From contig CAVUWA010000002.1 of NCBI GenBank assembly GCA_963744995.1, forward strand, positions 704,001 to 768,000: a stretch of 64,000 nucleotides of DNA, written 5' to 3'. This DNA is from Candidatus Eiseniibacteriota bacterium. Its GTDB lineage: Bacteria; Eisenbacteria; RBG-16-71-46. The notes beneath the pieces are model-generated. The model did no database searches. It had not been told where the DNA came from and saw nothing but the letters and a program-made list of their open reading frames with translations. Positions 1 through 9,588 of this stretch are shown piece after piece. Positions within the stretch are counted from its first letter, which is position 1, and every line of letters starts with the position of its first letter. Both the position numbers and the translations under genes were made by a program.

Positions 1-1
1 C

Positions 2-712
2 GCGCACCTCAAGAAGACGGTGCTCGAACTCGGCGGATCGGATCCGTACCTGATTCTCGAGGACGCGGATCTCGACCTCGCCGCGGCGGCGTGCACGACC
101 AGCCGGATGATCAACTCCGGGCAGAGTTGCATCGGTGCCAAGCGCTTCGTGGTGGCCGAATCGGTGCGCGCGGCGTTCACCGAGCGCTTCGTCGCAAGGA
201 TGGCCGCGGCGAAGATGGGTGATCCGCGGGATCCGGCCACCACGCTCGGCCCGCTCGCGCGCCTCGACCTGCGCGACACCCTGCACCGGCAGGTGGAGGA
301 CAGCGTCGCGCGCGGCGCGAAGGTGCTCATCGGCGGTCGCGTGCCCGATCCGCCCGGCGCCTTCTACCCGGCGACCGTGCTGGACGGCGTCACGCCGGGC
401 ATGCCGGCGTTCGAAGAAGAGCTGTTCGGACCCGTGGCGGCGATCGTGCCGGCGGCCGACCAGGCGGAGGCGATTCGTCTCGCCAACGCCTCATCGCTCG
501 GGCTCGGCGCGGCGGTGTTCTCGCGCGACGTCGAGCGCGCGACATGGATCGCCACGCACGCACTCGAGGCGGGCGCATGCGCCGTGAACGACTTCGTGCG
601 CTCCGACCCGCGGTTGCCGTTCGGCGGCGTCAAAGACAGCGGCTACGGGCGCGAACTCGCGCGGCTCGGCATGCAGGAGTTCCTGAACGCGAAGGCGGTC
701 GTCGTCGGCTGA
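2..712 (+). CDS. NAD-dependent aldehyde dehydrogenase (succinate-semialdehyde dehydrogenase Sad/GabD-like), 5'-truncated by window edge
   Basis: Frame is open from nt 2 (AHLKKTVLELGGSDP). Catalytic NSGQSCI, EELFGP and PFGGVKDSGYGRE ALDH motifs present. Confidence 0.9.
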   Translation, partial: AHLKKTVLELGGSDPYLILEDADLDLAAAACTTSRMINSGQSCIGAKRFVVAESVRAAFTERFVARMAAAKMGDPRDPATTLGPLARLDLRDTLHRQVEDSVARGAKVLIGGRVPDPPGAFYPATVLDGVTPGMPAFEEELFGPVAAIVPAADQAEAIRLANASSLGLGAAVFSRDVERATWIATHALEAGACAVNDFVRSDPRLPFGGVKDSGYGRELARLGMQEFLNAKAVVVG

Positions 713-959
713 TCGTCCGCCGCCACGTGCCGAAACCGCAGCAGTGCGGCGCCTTGCGTAGAATTCACAATGCGTTTGCATGATCGTCTCCGGTGTGTTC
801 ACATCCGGGCACACGACCACACCTCGCTCGAACGGCCTGCTGGCATGAGCGCCTTTCGACCCAAGGATGTCGGCGCGTCGCGTGATTGCGTCGGGAACCG
901 CTCGAGCCTCATCAGGCCCGGTGCGCCCGCGCCCCGGTCCGGAACCTCTCCGGAGACCC

Positions 960-2657
960 GTGAAAGACACTCACACGCCGACCCAGGATTCGACCGCCCC
1001 CGACCTCGCTGAGACTGCCCCCGATACGCGTATCGACGCGATCTGGAAGCGCGCCTACAGCGCGCGCACGCCCGCCGATCTCAAGAAGCTCTACGCCGAC
1101 TGGGCGGAGTCCTACGACGCCGACCACGAAAAGGTGGGCTTCTTCGGCCACAAGCTGACCGCGGAGGTGCTCGCCCGCTACCTGACGCGCCACGACGTGG
1201 CGCGCATCCTCGATGCCGGAGCCGGGACCGGCGCCGCGGGGGAAGCGCTCCACGCGCTCGGCTTCCGCGACATGACGGCCCTCGACCTGAGCGCGGAAAT
1301 GCTCGAGGTCGCGCGGAAGAAGCAGATCTACCGGCGCACGCTCGTCGCCGATCTGTCGATGCCGATCGATGCCTTCGCGCAGGACCGCTTCGATGCCGCG
1401 GTGATGGTCGGCGTGTTCTCGTACGGCCAGGCGCCGAAGGAGGCGCTCAATGAGGTGCTGCGGCTGGTCCGTCCGGGCGGCGTGATCGCGCTCACGATGC
1501 GCACCGACTTCCATCGCGACAACGCCATGGGCGTGCGCGGCCGCATGGAGGAACTGGAAGAGGCCGGGGCCTGGCGGATGCTCGAACGCACCGACCCGGC
1601 GCAGTACCTACCCCAGAAGGATCCGGACGCGATGTTCCAGGTGTTCTGCTACCGGGTCACGGGCCGCGCGCAGCGCGAGGTCGAGCCCGGGTTCGAGGAG
1701 GCCGTCGAACAGGCGCTGGCGAGCGACGACTGGGTGAAGAAGATCGACCACGCGTGGATCTGGGACTCGATGGCGTCGTCCCTCTACGAACGCTATACGC
1801 GCACGTCCGGGTATTACCTGACCGACTGCGAGGAGGAGATCCTGCATGAGAACGCGACCGCGATCCTCGGCGACGCACGGATGATCGTCGAGCTGGGCTG
1901 CGGCTCGGCGCGCAAGATCAGTCACGTGCTGGCCGCCGCCATCGAGCGGGATCGCGAACCCGTGCACTATCTGCCGATCGACGTGTCCGCGGGCGCGCTG
2001 AGCGCCACCGAAGGCGAAGTGCGCCAGCGCTTCTCGAACCACGTCAGGGTGGAGCCGCGACAGGGCATGTTCGACCAGATCCTGCCGGAGCTGCCGATCG
2101 ACCGGCCGAAGCTGGTGTTCTTCTTCGGATCCTCGCTCGGCAACCTCGACACCGTGCACGACACGGTGAAGTTCCTGCGCATGCTCGGCGAGCGGCTCGG
2201 ACCGGACGACCGGTTCGTGGCCGGTATCGATCTGCACAAGGACGAAGCCGTGCTCGAGCGCGCCTACAACGAAGAGACCGCCTGCCGCGACTTCTTCGTG
2301 CACATGCTGCGGCGCATCAACGTGCATCTCGGTGCCGACTTCGATCCCCGCGTGTTCGAGCTGTCGTCCACCTACGACGAGGAGCCGGGCGAGCCCGGGC
2401 TGCGCACCCGGCGCATGAACCTGCGCATCGCGCCGCGCACCTCCCAGCGCAGCTGGGTCCGCAAGCTCGGGATCGAGGTGCATCTCGAAGCCGGGCAGCC
2501 GGTGCAGGTCGGCATCTCGCGCAAGTACGAGCCTGAGGGCATTCGCGAGCTGGCGCGCATGGCGGGGCTCGAGCTCCGCCGGCAGTGGTTCGATCGCCGT
2601 CGCTGGTTCTCACTGAACGAGTTCGTGCGGGCGCGCGGCTCGAGCAGCCGGGCGTGA
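960..2657 (+). CDS. Fusion of a class I SAM methyltransferase (N-term) and an EgtD/Methyltransf_33-family methyltransferase (C-term)
   Basis: Two SAM motifs (ILDAGAGTG and VELGCGSARK). C-terminal half has EgtD-like YYLTxxExEIL, FFGSSLGNL, GIDLHKD, AYN and SRKY. Likely start is GTG 960 with GGAG upstream (ORF track starts at 867). Confidence 0.8.
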   Translation: MKDTHTPTQDSTAPDLAETAPDTRIDAIWKRAYSARTPADLKKLYADWAESYDADHEKVGFFGHKLTAEVLARYLTRHDVARILDAGAGTGAAGEALHALGFRDMTALDLSAEMLEVARKKQIYRRTLVADLSMPIDAFAQDRFDAAVMVGVFSYGQAPKEALNEVLRLVRPGGVIALTMRTDFHRDNAMGVRGRMEELEEAGAWRMLERTDPAQYLPQKDPDAMFQVFCYRVTGRAQREVEPGFEEAVEQALASDDWVKKIDHAWIWDSMASSLYERYTRTSGYYLTDCEEEILHENATAILGDARMIVELGCGSARKISHVLAAAIERDREPVHYLPIDVSAGALSATEGEVRQRFSNHVRVEPRQGMFDQILPELPIDRPKLVFFFGSSLGNLDTVHDTVKFLRMLGERLGPDDRFVAGIDLHKDEAVLERAYNEETACRDFFVHMLRRINVHLGADFDPRVFELSSTYDEEPGEPGLRTRRMNLRIAPRTSQRSWVRKLGIEVHLEAGQPVQVGISRKYEPEGIRELARMAGLELRRQWFDRRRWFSLNEFVRARGSSSRA

Positions 2658-3400
2658 TCCGACTCGAAAAAGTCTCCTGCATCTTCACCGGTGACCGCGG
2701 CGCGGAGGTCCGCGCCGTGGTCGACCTGGATCTGGAGGTGCAGCGCGGCGAAACGCTGGTGCTGCTCGGCCCGAGCGGCTGCGGCAAGACCACTACGCTC
2801 AGGCTGATCAACCGGCTGCTCACGCCGTCGTCCGGGCGGGTGCTGGTCGACGGCACCGACATCATGCAGACGGACCCGGTGCGGCTCCGGCGCGGCCTCG
2901 GCTACGTCGTGCAGAGCGGCGGCCTGTTTCCGCACCTCAACGTCGCGCGCAACATCGGCGTCCTGTGTGAGCTCGAGGGCTGGCCGCGCGAGCGGATCCG
3001 CAAGCGCGTGGACGAGCTGCTCGAACTGGTGCGTCTGCCGGCGTCGGTGCGCGGCCGGTATCCGGTCGAGCTGTCCGGCGGGCAGCGGCAGCGCGTGGGC
3101 GTCGCGCGGGCGCTCGCGCTCGATCCGCCGGCCATGCTGATGGACGAGCCGTTCGGGGCGCTGGACCCGATCACCCGCGGCGAGCTGCAGCGGGACTTCA
3201 AGCAGCTCGAACATCTGGTGAGCAAGACCATCGTCTTCGTCAGCCACGATCTCGACGAGGCCTTCCTGCTCGGCGACCGCGTGGCGCTGATGGGCAGCGG
3301 CCGGCTCGTGCAGGTCGGCACGCCCGAGGACCTCGAGCAGCGGCCGGCCTCGCCGCTGGTGACCCAGTTCCTCTCCGGGAGAACCCGTGCGCTTCACTAG
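2654..3400 (+). CDS. ABC transporter ATP-binding subunit, osmoprotectant/betaine (OpuA/OsmV-like)
   Basis: GPSGCGKTT, LSGGQRQRVG and MDEPFGALDPITR motifs. GTGA overlap with the upstream stop. Confidence 0.92.
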   Translation: MIRLEKVSCIFTGDRGAEVRAVVDLDLEVQRGETLVLLGPSGCGKTTTLRLINRLLTPSSGRVLVDGTDIMQTDPVRLRRGLGYVVQSGGLFPHLNVARNIGVLCELEGWPRERIRKRVDELLELVRLPASVRGRYPVELSGGQRQRVGVARALALDPPAMLMDEPFGALDPITRGELQRDFKQLEHLVSKTIVFVSHDLDEAFLLGDRVALMGSGRLVQVGTPEDLEQRPASPLVTQFLSGRTRALH

Positions 3401-4958
3401 ACGCTTCGCTCCGGTCGTGCTCGCGCTGTGCGCGCTTCTCGCACCCGCGCTCGCCCGAGCGCAGGCGAAGATCGTGATCGGCAGCAAGAACTTCACCGAG
3501 TCGCGGCTGCTCGGCGAGATGATGGCGATGATGATCGAGTCGCGCACCGACCTCGAAGTCGAGCATCGGGCGGGCCTCGGCGGCACGCTGGTGTGCTGGA
3601 CGGCGCTGAAGCGCGGCGAGATCGACATGTATCCGGACTACACCGGCACGGGCTGGTCGATCGTCCTCAAGGAGCCGGGCAAGGTCTCGAATCCACTGCG
3701 TGCGTTTCTCTTCGTGAAGGAACGCTACAAGGCGCTCTACGACGTCGACTGGCTGGATCCGTTCGGGCTCAACAATACGTACGCCCTGGCGATGCGCGAG
3801 GACCTGGCCGCAAAGCTCGGCATCCGCTCGATCTCGGATCTCAAGCGGCACGAATCCGAGCTGCATGCCGGCTTCAGCATCGAGTTCATGAACCGCGAGG
3901 ATGGCTGGCCGGGTTTGAGCAAGTACTACGGGCTCGAGTTCGCGCAGGTGCGCGCGCTCGAGCACGGGCTCGCCTACGAGGCGGTCGCCGCGGGGCAGAT
4001 CGACCTGCTCGACGCGTATTCGACCGATGGCAAGCTGATGCGTTATCCGCTGCGCGTGCTCAAGGACGATCGCGGCTTCTTTCCGCCCTACAACGCGGCG
4101 CCGATCGTGCGCGGTGCGACGCTGCGCGCGCACCCCGAGATCCGCGAGGCGCTCGCACCGCTGGCGTTCGCGATTCCCGACAGCACGATGATCCGGCTCA
4201 ATTACGCGGTGGAGGAGGAGGGCCGCAGCTTCCACGACGTCGCGCACGACTTCCTCGTGAGCCGCGATCTGCTCGAAGCGGGGCCGGCGCACAGGGAGCG
4301 CCGCCGCACGAACGTCTGGCAGTTCGTGCGCTCGCGGATCCGGCCGACGCTGGACCTGGGCCTCGAACACCTGCAGCTGAGTCTCAGCGCGGTGCTGCTC
4401 GCAATCCTGCTCGCGGTGCCGCTCGGCATCGGAGTCATGCGCACGCGGCTCGGCGAGCGCCTCGCGCTCGGCAGCGCCTCGGTCATTCAGACCATCCCGA
4501 GCCTCGCGCTGCTCGCGTTCATGATCGCGATCCCGGGCCTGGGCCTGTCGGTGCGCTCGGCGGTGACGGCGCTGTTCCTGTACGCGCTGCTGCCGATCCT
4601 GCGCAACACCGTCACCGGACTGCGCTCGGCCGATTCCGAGCTGATCGATGCCGCGACCGGAATCGGTCTCACCGAGCGGCAGATCCTGCTGCGGGTGCGC
4701 CTGCCGCTCGCGACGAGCACGATCATGGCGGGAATCCGCACCTCGACCGTGATCAGCATCGGCGTCGCCACGCTCGCCGCGTTCATCGGCGCCGGCGGCC
4801 TCGGTGAGCCGATCGTGACGGGCCTCTACCTCAACGATACGCGCCTGATCCTGGCCGGCGCGATTCCGGCCGCCCTGCTCGCGCTGATGGCCGACTGGCT
4901 GCTCGGCCTGCTCGAACACCGGCTCGTGCCGCGCGGCCTGCGCGGCCGCGAGGGGTAG
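3387..4958 (+). CDS. Betaine-type ABC transporter, substrate-binding domain fused to permease
   Basis: Signal peptide, IGSKNFTE, YPDYTGT and FFPPY (OpuAC/OsmX-like binding domain), then a permease with QTIPSLA and the EAA loop (DAATGIG). Confidence 0.9.
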   Translation: MRFTRRFAPVVLALCALLAPALARAQAKIVIGSKNFTESRLLGEMMAMMIESRTDLEVEHRAGLGGTLVCWTALKRGEIDMYPDYTGTGWSIVLKEPGKVSNPLRAFLFVKERYKALYDVDWLDPFGLNNTYALAMREDLAAKLGIRSISDLKRHESELHAGFSIEFMNREDGWPGLSKYYGLEFAQVRALEHGLAYEAVAAGQIDLLDAYSTDGKLMRYPLRVLKDDRGFFPPYNAAPIVRGATLRAHPEIREALAPLAFAIPDSTMIRLNYAVEEEGRSFHDVAHDFLVSRDLLEAGPAHRERRRTNVWQFVRSRIRPTLDLGLEHLQLSLSAVLLAILLAVPLGIGVMRTRLGERLALGSASVIQTIPSLALLAFMIAIPGLGLSVRSAVTALFLYALLPILRNTVTGLRSADSELIDAATGIGLTERQILLRVRLPLATSTIMAGIRTSTVISIGVATLAAFIGAGGLGEPIVTGLYLNDTRLILAGAIPAALLALMADWLLGLLEHRLVPRGLRGREG

Positions 4959-5051
4959 CTCCCCCGGCGCGCGGCGGGGGCGCGCGTGCCGCGCCCTCGC
5001 GCTTCCCACCATCGGTGAGCCGGGTCGGAATCGGCACGCAGCGCGACGCGG

Positions 5052-5080
5052 TTGTGGCGCGTGAAGGCGGCTGCTAGCGT
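5052..5080 (+). promoter_or_regulatory. Putative sigma70 promoter for ppc
   Basis: TTGTGG-17 nt-TAGCGT with extended -10 TG. Confidence 0.5.
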
Positions 5081-5109
5081 GCGGATCCGGTCGATCGGCG
5101 CCCGGCGTC

Positions 5110-7791
5110 ATGCGCGCGGGCCCCCACTTCATGTCCGAGGAGACGACTCTGCCCAGCGACCCGCACGCACCCCTCCGCGCCAACGTGCGAATGCTGGGGG
5201 AGATGCTCGGCGAGGTCATGGCCCGCAGCGAGGGGCCGGACCTGCTCGAGACGGTCGAGCGGGTGCGGGCGCTCTCCAAACGCCGCCGCTCCGGGGAACT
5301 CGACCTCCAGGCGCTGCGCGAGACGCTGTCTTCGCTTCACGGGGATCGCGCCCCGGCGGTGGCGCGTGCGTTCTCGCAGTTCCTCGCGCTCGCCAACGTC
5401 GCGGAACAGCACCACCGCATCCGCAGGCGCAGGGCTTACGAAGCGCGGCCGGACGCCTCGCCCCAGCGCGGGTCGTTCGACGACGTCTTCGCCGAACTCG
5501 TAGAGGGCGGCGTCGGCGGCGACGCCCTCGCGGCGGCGGCCCACGAGCTCCGCATCGAACTGGTCCTGACCGCGCACCCGACCGAGATCTCGCGCCGCAC
5601 CGTGCGCCTGCGTTTCGAGCGGATCGCCGCCGCGCTGGCCACGCTCGACCGGACCGACCTGACGCCGGGCGAACGCACGGCCACGCTCGATGCGTTGCGG
5701 GCCGAGATCGCAGGCGCATGGCTCACCGACGAGATCCGGCCGGAGCGCCCGACCCCGCTCGACGAAGTACGCGCGGGCATGCTCGCCTTCGAGCGCACGC
5801 TGTTCGACGTGCTGCCGGCGACATTGCGGCGGCTCGACGCCGCGCTCGAGCGGCACGCCGGCCACCGGCTGGCCCTCGATGCGGTGCCGATCCGTTTCGG
5901 CTCGTGGATCGGTGGCGACCGCGACGGCAACCCGAACGTGACGGCGGCCGTCACGCGCGACGCCTGGCGGCTCGGTGTGTGGCAGGCGGCCGATCTCTAC
6001 CTGCGCGAACTGAAAGCCCTGCGCGACGAGCTCACCATGCACGATGCCAGCCCCGCGCTGCGTGCCCGAACCGGAGCGGCGCACGAGCCCTACCGCGCGC
6101 TGCTCGGTGCATTGCGCGATCGGGTGCGCGACACGCGCGAGGACGCGGCACGGCGGATGGCCGGCCGGCCGGTGGAGGGACTCACGCCGCTGACCCGTAC
6201 GGCGGAGCTGCGCGAACCGCTCATGCTGTGCTTCGAATCGCTCGTCGCCTGCGGAGCGGGCGACATCGCACACGGCAGGCTGGCCGATCTCATCCGCCGC
6301 GTAGCCTGCTTCGGCCTCTCGCTCGTCCGTCTCGATCTGCGCCAGGATGCGGCGCTGCACGAGAAGGCGATGGCCGCCGTCACCCGTGCGCTCGGGAGCG
6401 GGGATTACGCCGCGTGGAACGAGGAACGTCGCGCGGCGTTCCTCGCGAAGGCGCTCGAGCCCGTCCGCCCGCGTCTTCCGGACGCCATCGACGGCGACGC
6501 CGAGGTGCACGAGGTGCTCGACACGTTCCGCGTCGCCGCCGAGCTGGGCGAGGAGGCGCGCGGCGCCTACGTGATCTCGATGGCCCGCGCACCGTCGGAC
6601 GTGCTGGCCGTGCTCTGGCTGCAGCGGACGGCCGGGGTGGAGCCGCCGATGCGCGTGGTGCCGCTGTTCGAGACGATCGATGATCTGCACGCCGCGCCCG
6701 CCACGGTCGAACGGTTGTTCGAGACCCCGGTGTACCGCGCGTCGATCGACGACCGGCAGGAAGTCATGCTGGGCTACTCCGACTCGGCCAAGGACCGCGG
6801 CCGACTGACGTCGGCATGGGCCCTGTACCAGGCGCAGGAGGCGCTGGCCGGCGTGTCGCGCCGGCACGGCGTGCGGCTCACGCTGTTTCACGGCCGCGGC
6901 GGAACCGTGGGACGCGGGGGCGGGCCGACGCGGCTCGCGATCCTGTCGCAGCCACCGGGGACGGTCGGCGGTGCGCTGCGGGTCACCGAGCAGGGCGAGA
7001 TGATCCAGGCGAAGTTCGGCTTCGCCGGCATCGCACAGCGCACGCTCGAGCGCTACGTGACCGGGACACTGGAGGCGACGTTGCGCCCGCCCGCGGGTCC
7101 GAAGCCGGAGTGGCGCGCCACGATGGACGCGCTCTCGGCGCGGGCCGCCGCGGCGTTCGGGCACGTGGTCAAGGAAGAGCCCCGCTTCGTGTCCTACTTC
7201 GAGACGGCCACCCCGGTGCGCGAGCTCGGCGAGCTGCAGATCGGCAGCCGCCCGGCGCGGCGTGGGCGGGGCGGCGGCGTGGGTTCGCTGCGCGCGATTC
7301 CCTGGGTGTTCGCCTGGACGCAGACGCGGCTGCTGCTGCCGTCGTGGCTCGGCGTGGGCGAGGCGCTGGGCGAGGCGCTCGAGGCGGGGGAGCGCGACAC
7401 GCTCGTCGACATGGTGCATCACTGGCCGTTCTTCGCGACCACCCTCGACTTGATCGAAATGGTGCTCGCGAAGTCCGATGCCGACATCGCCGCCGCCTAT
7501 GACGCGGCGCTCGTCGGCGACAGCGACCGTGATCTCGGCGCCGCGCTGCGCGCACGGCACGCACGCACCGTCGCCTGCATCCGTGCGCTGACGGGGCACG
7601 AGCGCCTGATCGAGCACCAGCCGGTGCTGCGGCGTTCGATCGACCTCAGGAACCCCTACGTCGATCCCATCAACCTGATCCAGATCGAGATGCTGCGGCG
7701 GCTGCGCGGCGGCGCGGCGGACCCGCAGCTGCGCCACGCCCTGCACGTCACGATGAACGGCATCGCCGCGGGAATGCGGAACACCGGGTGA
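5110..7791 (+). CDS. ppc: Phosphoenolpyruvate carboxylase
   Basis: VLTAHPTE, GDRDGNP, VMLGYSDSAKD, FHGRGGTVGRGG, RAIPW and terminal RNTG. Alternative start ATG 5131. Confidence 0.97.
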   Translation: MRAGPHFMSEETTLPSDPHAPLRANVRMLGEMLGEVMARSEGPDLLETVERVRALSKRRRSGELDLQALRETLSSLHGDRAPAVARAFSQFLALANVAEQHHRIRRRRAYEARPDASPQRGSFDDVFAELVEGGVGGDALAAAAHELRIELVLTAHPTEISRRTVRLRFERIAAALATLDRTDLTPGERTATLDALRAEIAGAWLTDEIRPERPTPLDEVRAGMLAFERTLFDVLPATLRRLDAALERHAGHRLALDAVPIRFGSWIGGDRDGNPNVTAAVTRDAWRLGVWQAADLYLRELKALRDELTMHDASPALRARTGAAHEPYRALLGALRDRVRDTREDAARRMAGRPVEGLTPLTRTAELREPLMLCFESLVACGAGDIAHGRLADLIRRVACFGLSLVRLDLRQDAALHEKAMAAVTRALGSGDYAAWNEERRAAFLAKALEPVRPRLPDAIDGDAEVHEVLDTFRVAAELGEEARGAYVISMARAPSDVLAVLWLQRTAGVEPPMRVVPLFETIDDLHAAPATVERLFETPVYRASIDDRQEVMLGYSDSAKDRGRLTSAWALYQAQEALAGVSRRHGVRLTLFHGRGGTVGRGGGPTRLAILSQPPGTVGGALRVTEQGEMIQAKFGFAGIAQRTLERYVTGTLEATLRPPAGPKPEWRATMDALSARAAAAFGHVVKEEPRFVSYFETATPVRELGELQIGSRPARRGRGGGVGSLRAIPWVFAWTQTRLLLPSWLGVGEALGEALEAGERDTLVDMVHHWPFFATTLDLIEMVLAKSDADIAAAYDAALVGDSDRDLGAALRARHARTVACIRALTGHERLIEHQPVLRRSIDLRNPYVDPINLIQIEMLRRLRGGAADPQLRHALHVTMNGIAAGMRNTG

Positions 7792-8225
7792 AGTGGATCC
7801 CGGGCGGCATGGCAGCGGGCTGCCGGACGCGGCGCGCCTCCGCCGGCTGCCCGGACCGGGTCGCGTCCCGTCGGGGGCGGCGGGCCCTGCGCGGGCGGCC
7901 CGGCCCGGGCGGCGGCCCGTGCGCGTGAGGGTTCCGGACCCGGTTCGTCGCTTACCCATCTGAACGGCGGTTTCTGCCGGGCGGCCCTGCGGTGAGCCCC
8001 GCGCGCAGCCCGGCTTTGAGAAGCCTGAACACGGCGGAAGTCCACGAATCGGGCCGCACCCGAGGAGAAGGCGGCGGCGCACGCCAGGCATGGGTGCGGG
8101 CGTCGCCCTTTCTCTTCGTTTCGTCGTCCTGCTGGTGACGGTGGACCGTGACGCGGGCGCCCGGGGGACCTCGTTCGGAGCCGGCGCCGGTCCGTCAAGA
8201 CCCTGCCATTTCCCCTTCCGATCCC

Positions 8226-8254
8226 TTGCCGCGGCGCGGCCGCCCTGCTAGCTT
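8226..8254 (+). promoter_or_regulatory. Putative sigma70 promoter
   Basis: TTGCCG-17 nt-TAGCTT with extended -10 TG. Confidence 0.5.
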
Positions 8255-8325
8255 CCCGCCGCTGCTCCACCCCGACGCCTGCGCTCCGTTCCCCACGGCA
8301 GGCCAGCTTCGGAGTTCGATCGCAT

Positions 8326-9354
8326 TTGAAGAATCTACTGCTCTCGCGCGCCATGGCGTTCGGCCTCGCGGCCGTCACCACGTGCGCAGCCATGCTGGTC
8401 CCGGGACTCGGTTCCCACGGCCAGGACCTGCTGGCCGCCTACCATCTGGATCCCGCGCTCATTCCGCGCCCGGCGCAGTTCGCGTTCGAGAACTTCCGCC
8501 TCGGCCACGGGATCGGCAGCGGCTTCGTGTTGCCCGGCCAGACCGTGAACGTCGGCATCGTCGAGGGCGGCGTGCCGGTCGCGTACACGCTGCTGCCCGA
8601 CAGCGGCGCCGTGCGCCCGATCGACGGCCGCCACTGGGAGTGGACCGCGCCCGCGACGCCCGGCATCGTGCGGCTCACGGCGGTGGACTCGCTCGGCATC
8701 GACTCGATGCGCATCAACGTGTTCGTGATGACGCCGTACGCCGAGCTCAGGAAGGGCATTCTCAACGGCTACCGCATCGGCGCCTACCCGGTCGAGCGCG
8801 AGATCGGCGGCGTCATCTATCGCCGGCCGCGTGGCTTCGTCGAAATCACCGAAGCCAATCGAGGCACGCAGCTGTCGCCGCACTTCAAACTCGGCCAGTT
8901 CGAGTGTCCGCAGAGCAGCGGCTATCCGCGCTACGCGGTGCTCACCGAGCCGCTCGTGGCGAAGCTCGAGGCGATCGTGGACGGCCTCGGGCAGTTCGGC
9001 CATCACGTCGAGACCCTCGGCATCATGAGCGGCTACCGCTCGCCCTGGTTCAACCGCTCGAACGGCAACGCCTGGTACAGCCGCCATCAGTACGGCGATG
9101 CCGCGGACTTCTTCGTGGACGCCGACGGCGACGGCCGCATGGACGACCTCAATGAGGACGGCAAGGTGAACGGCGCCGACGCGCGCACCCTGCAGTGCAT
9201 CATCGAGACGCTCGCCGTCGACGCGCGGGACGACATCGTGCCCGGCGGACTCGGCACCTACCGTTCGAGCCACGTGCACGGTCCGTTCGTGCACACCGAC
9301 GCGCGCGGCTTCCGGGCGCGCTGGGGCCTCAGGGCGGGCTGCGGCGGGTCGTAG
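8326..9354 (+). CDS. Secreted M15A/YcbK-like Zn metallopeptidase (D-Ala-D-Ala carboxypeptidase fold)
   Basis: SGYRSPxxN, SRHQYGDAAD and FVHTD Zn-ligand pattern. Acidic DxDGDG insert and N-terminal signal. Confidence 0.75.
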   Translation: MKNLLLSRAMAFGLAAVTTCAAMLVPGLGSHGQDLLAAYHLDPALIPRPAQFAFENFRLGHGIGSGFVLPGQTVNVGIVEGGVPVAYTLLPDSGAVRPIDGRHWEWTAPATPGIVRLTAVDSLGIDSMRINVFVMTPYAELRKGILNGYRIGAYPVEREIGGVIYRRPRGFVEITEANRGTQLSPHFKLGQFECPQSSGYPRYAVLTEPLVAKLEAIVDGLGQFGHHVETLGIMSGYRSPWFNRSNGNAWYSRHQYGDAADFFVDADGDGRMDDLNEDGKVNGADARTLQCIIETLAVDARDDIVPGGLGTYRSSHVHGPFVHTDARGFRARWGLRAGCGGS

Positions 9355-9588
9355 CCGGCGGCCCGCGCCACGCCGGCGGCGGGGAGGGGCGCCCGCAGGC
9401 GTCTGACCTGACCCCGCGCGCCATCCGCATCCGTCGTGCGATCTGCTGCGGCCGTGGCGGGACCTCGGCCCCCGGCGCTCCGGCCTGCTCGAATGCACTG
9501 GACCATTGAAACCATCCGGTCATTCGTTCTGTCCAACCCGGCGCAAACGGCTTCACGTCCCGACTCCGAACCCCAAACGGGAGATACC

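Noticed and set aside
713..959. Riboswitch upstream of the methyltransferase/ABC operon
   Set aside because: Only short hairpins and a GGAACCGC word are present, with no recognisable aptamer consensus. An Rfam/Infernal scan would settle it.
960..2657. Ergothioneine biosynthesis gene egtD
   Set aside because: No egtB in the window, an extra fused domain, and apparent loss of the His-binding Glu, so no gene symbol was assigned.
5074..8091. Long antisense or alternate-frame ORFs (also 44872-47673, 53489-57091, 17673-19703 and others)
   Set aside because: Shadow ORFs typical of high-GC DNA. They overlap well-supported genes and lack motifs.
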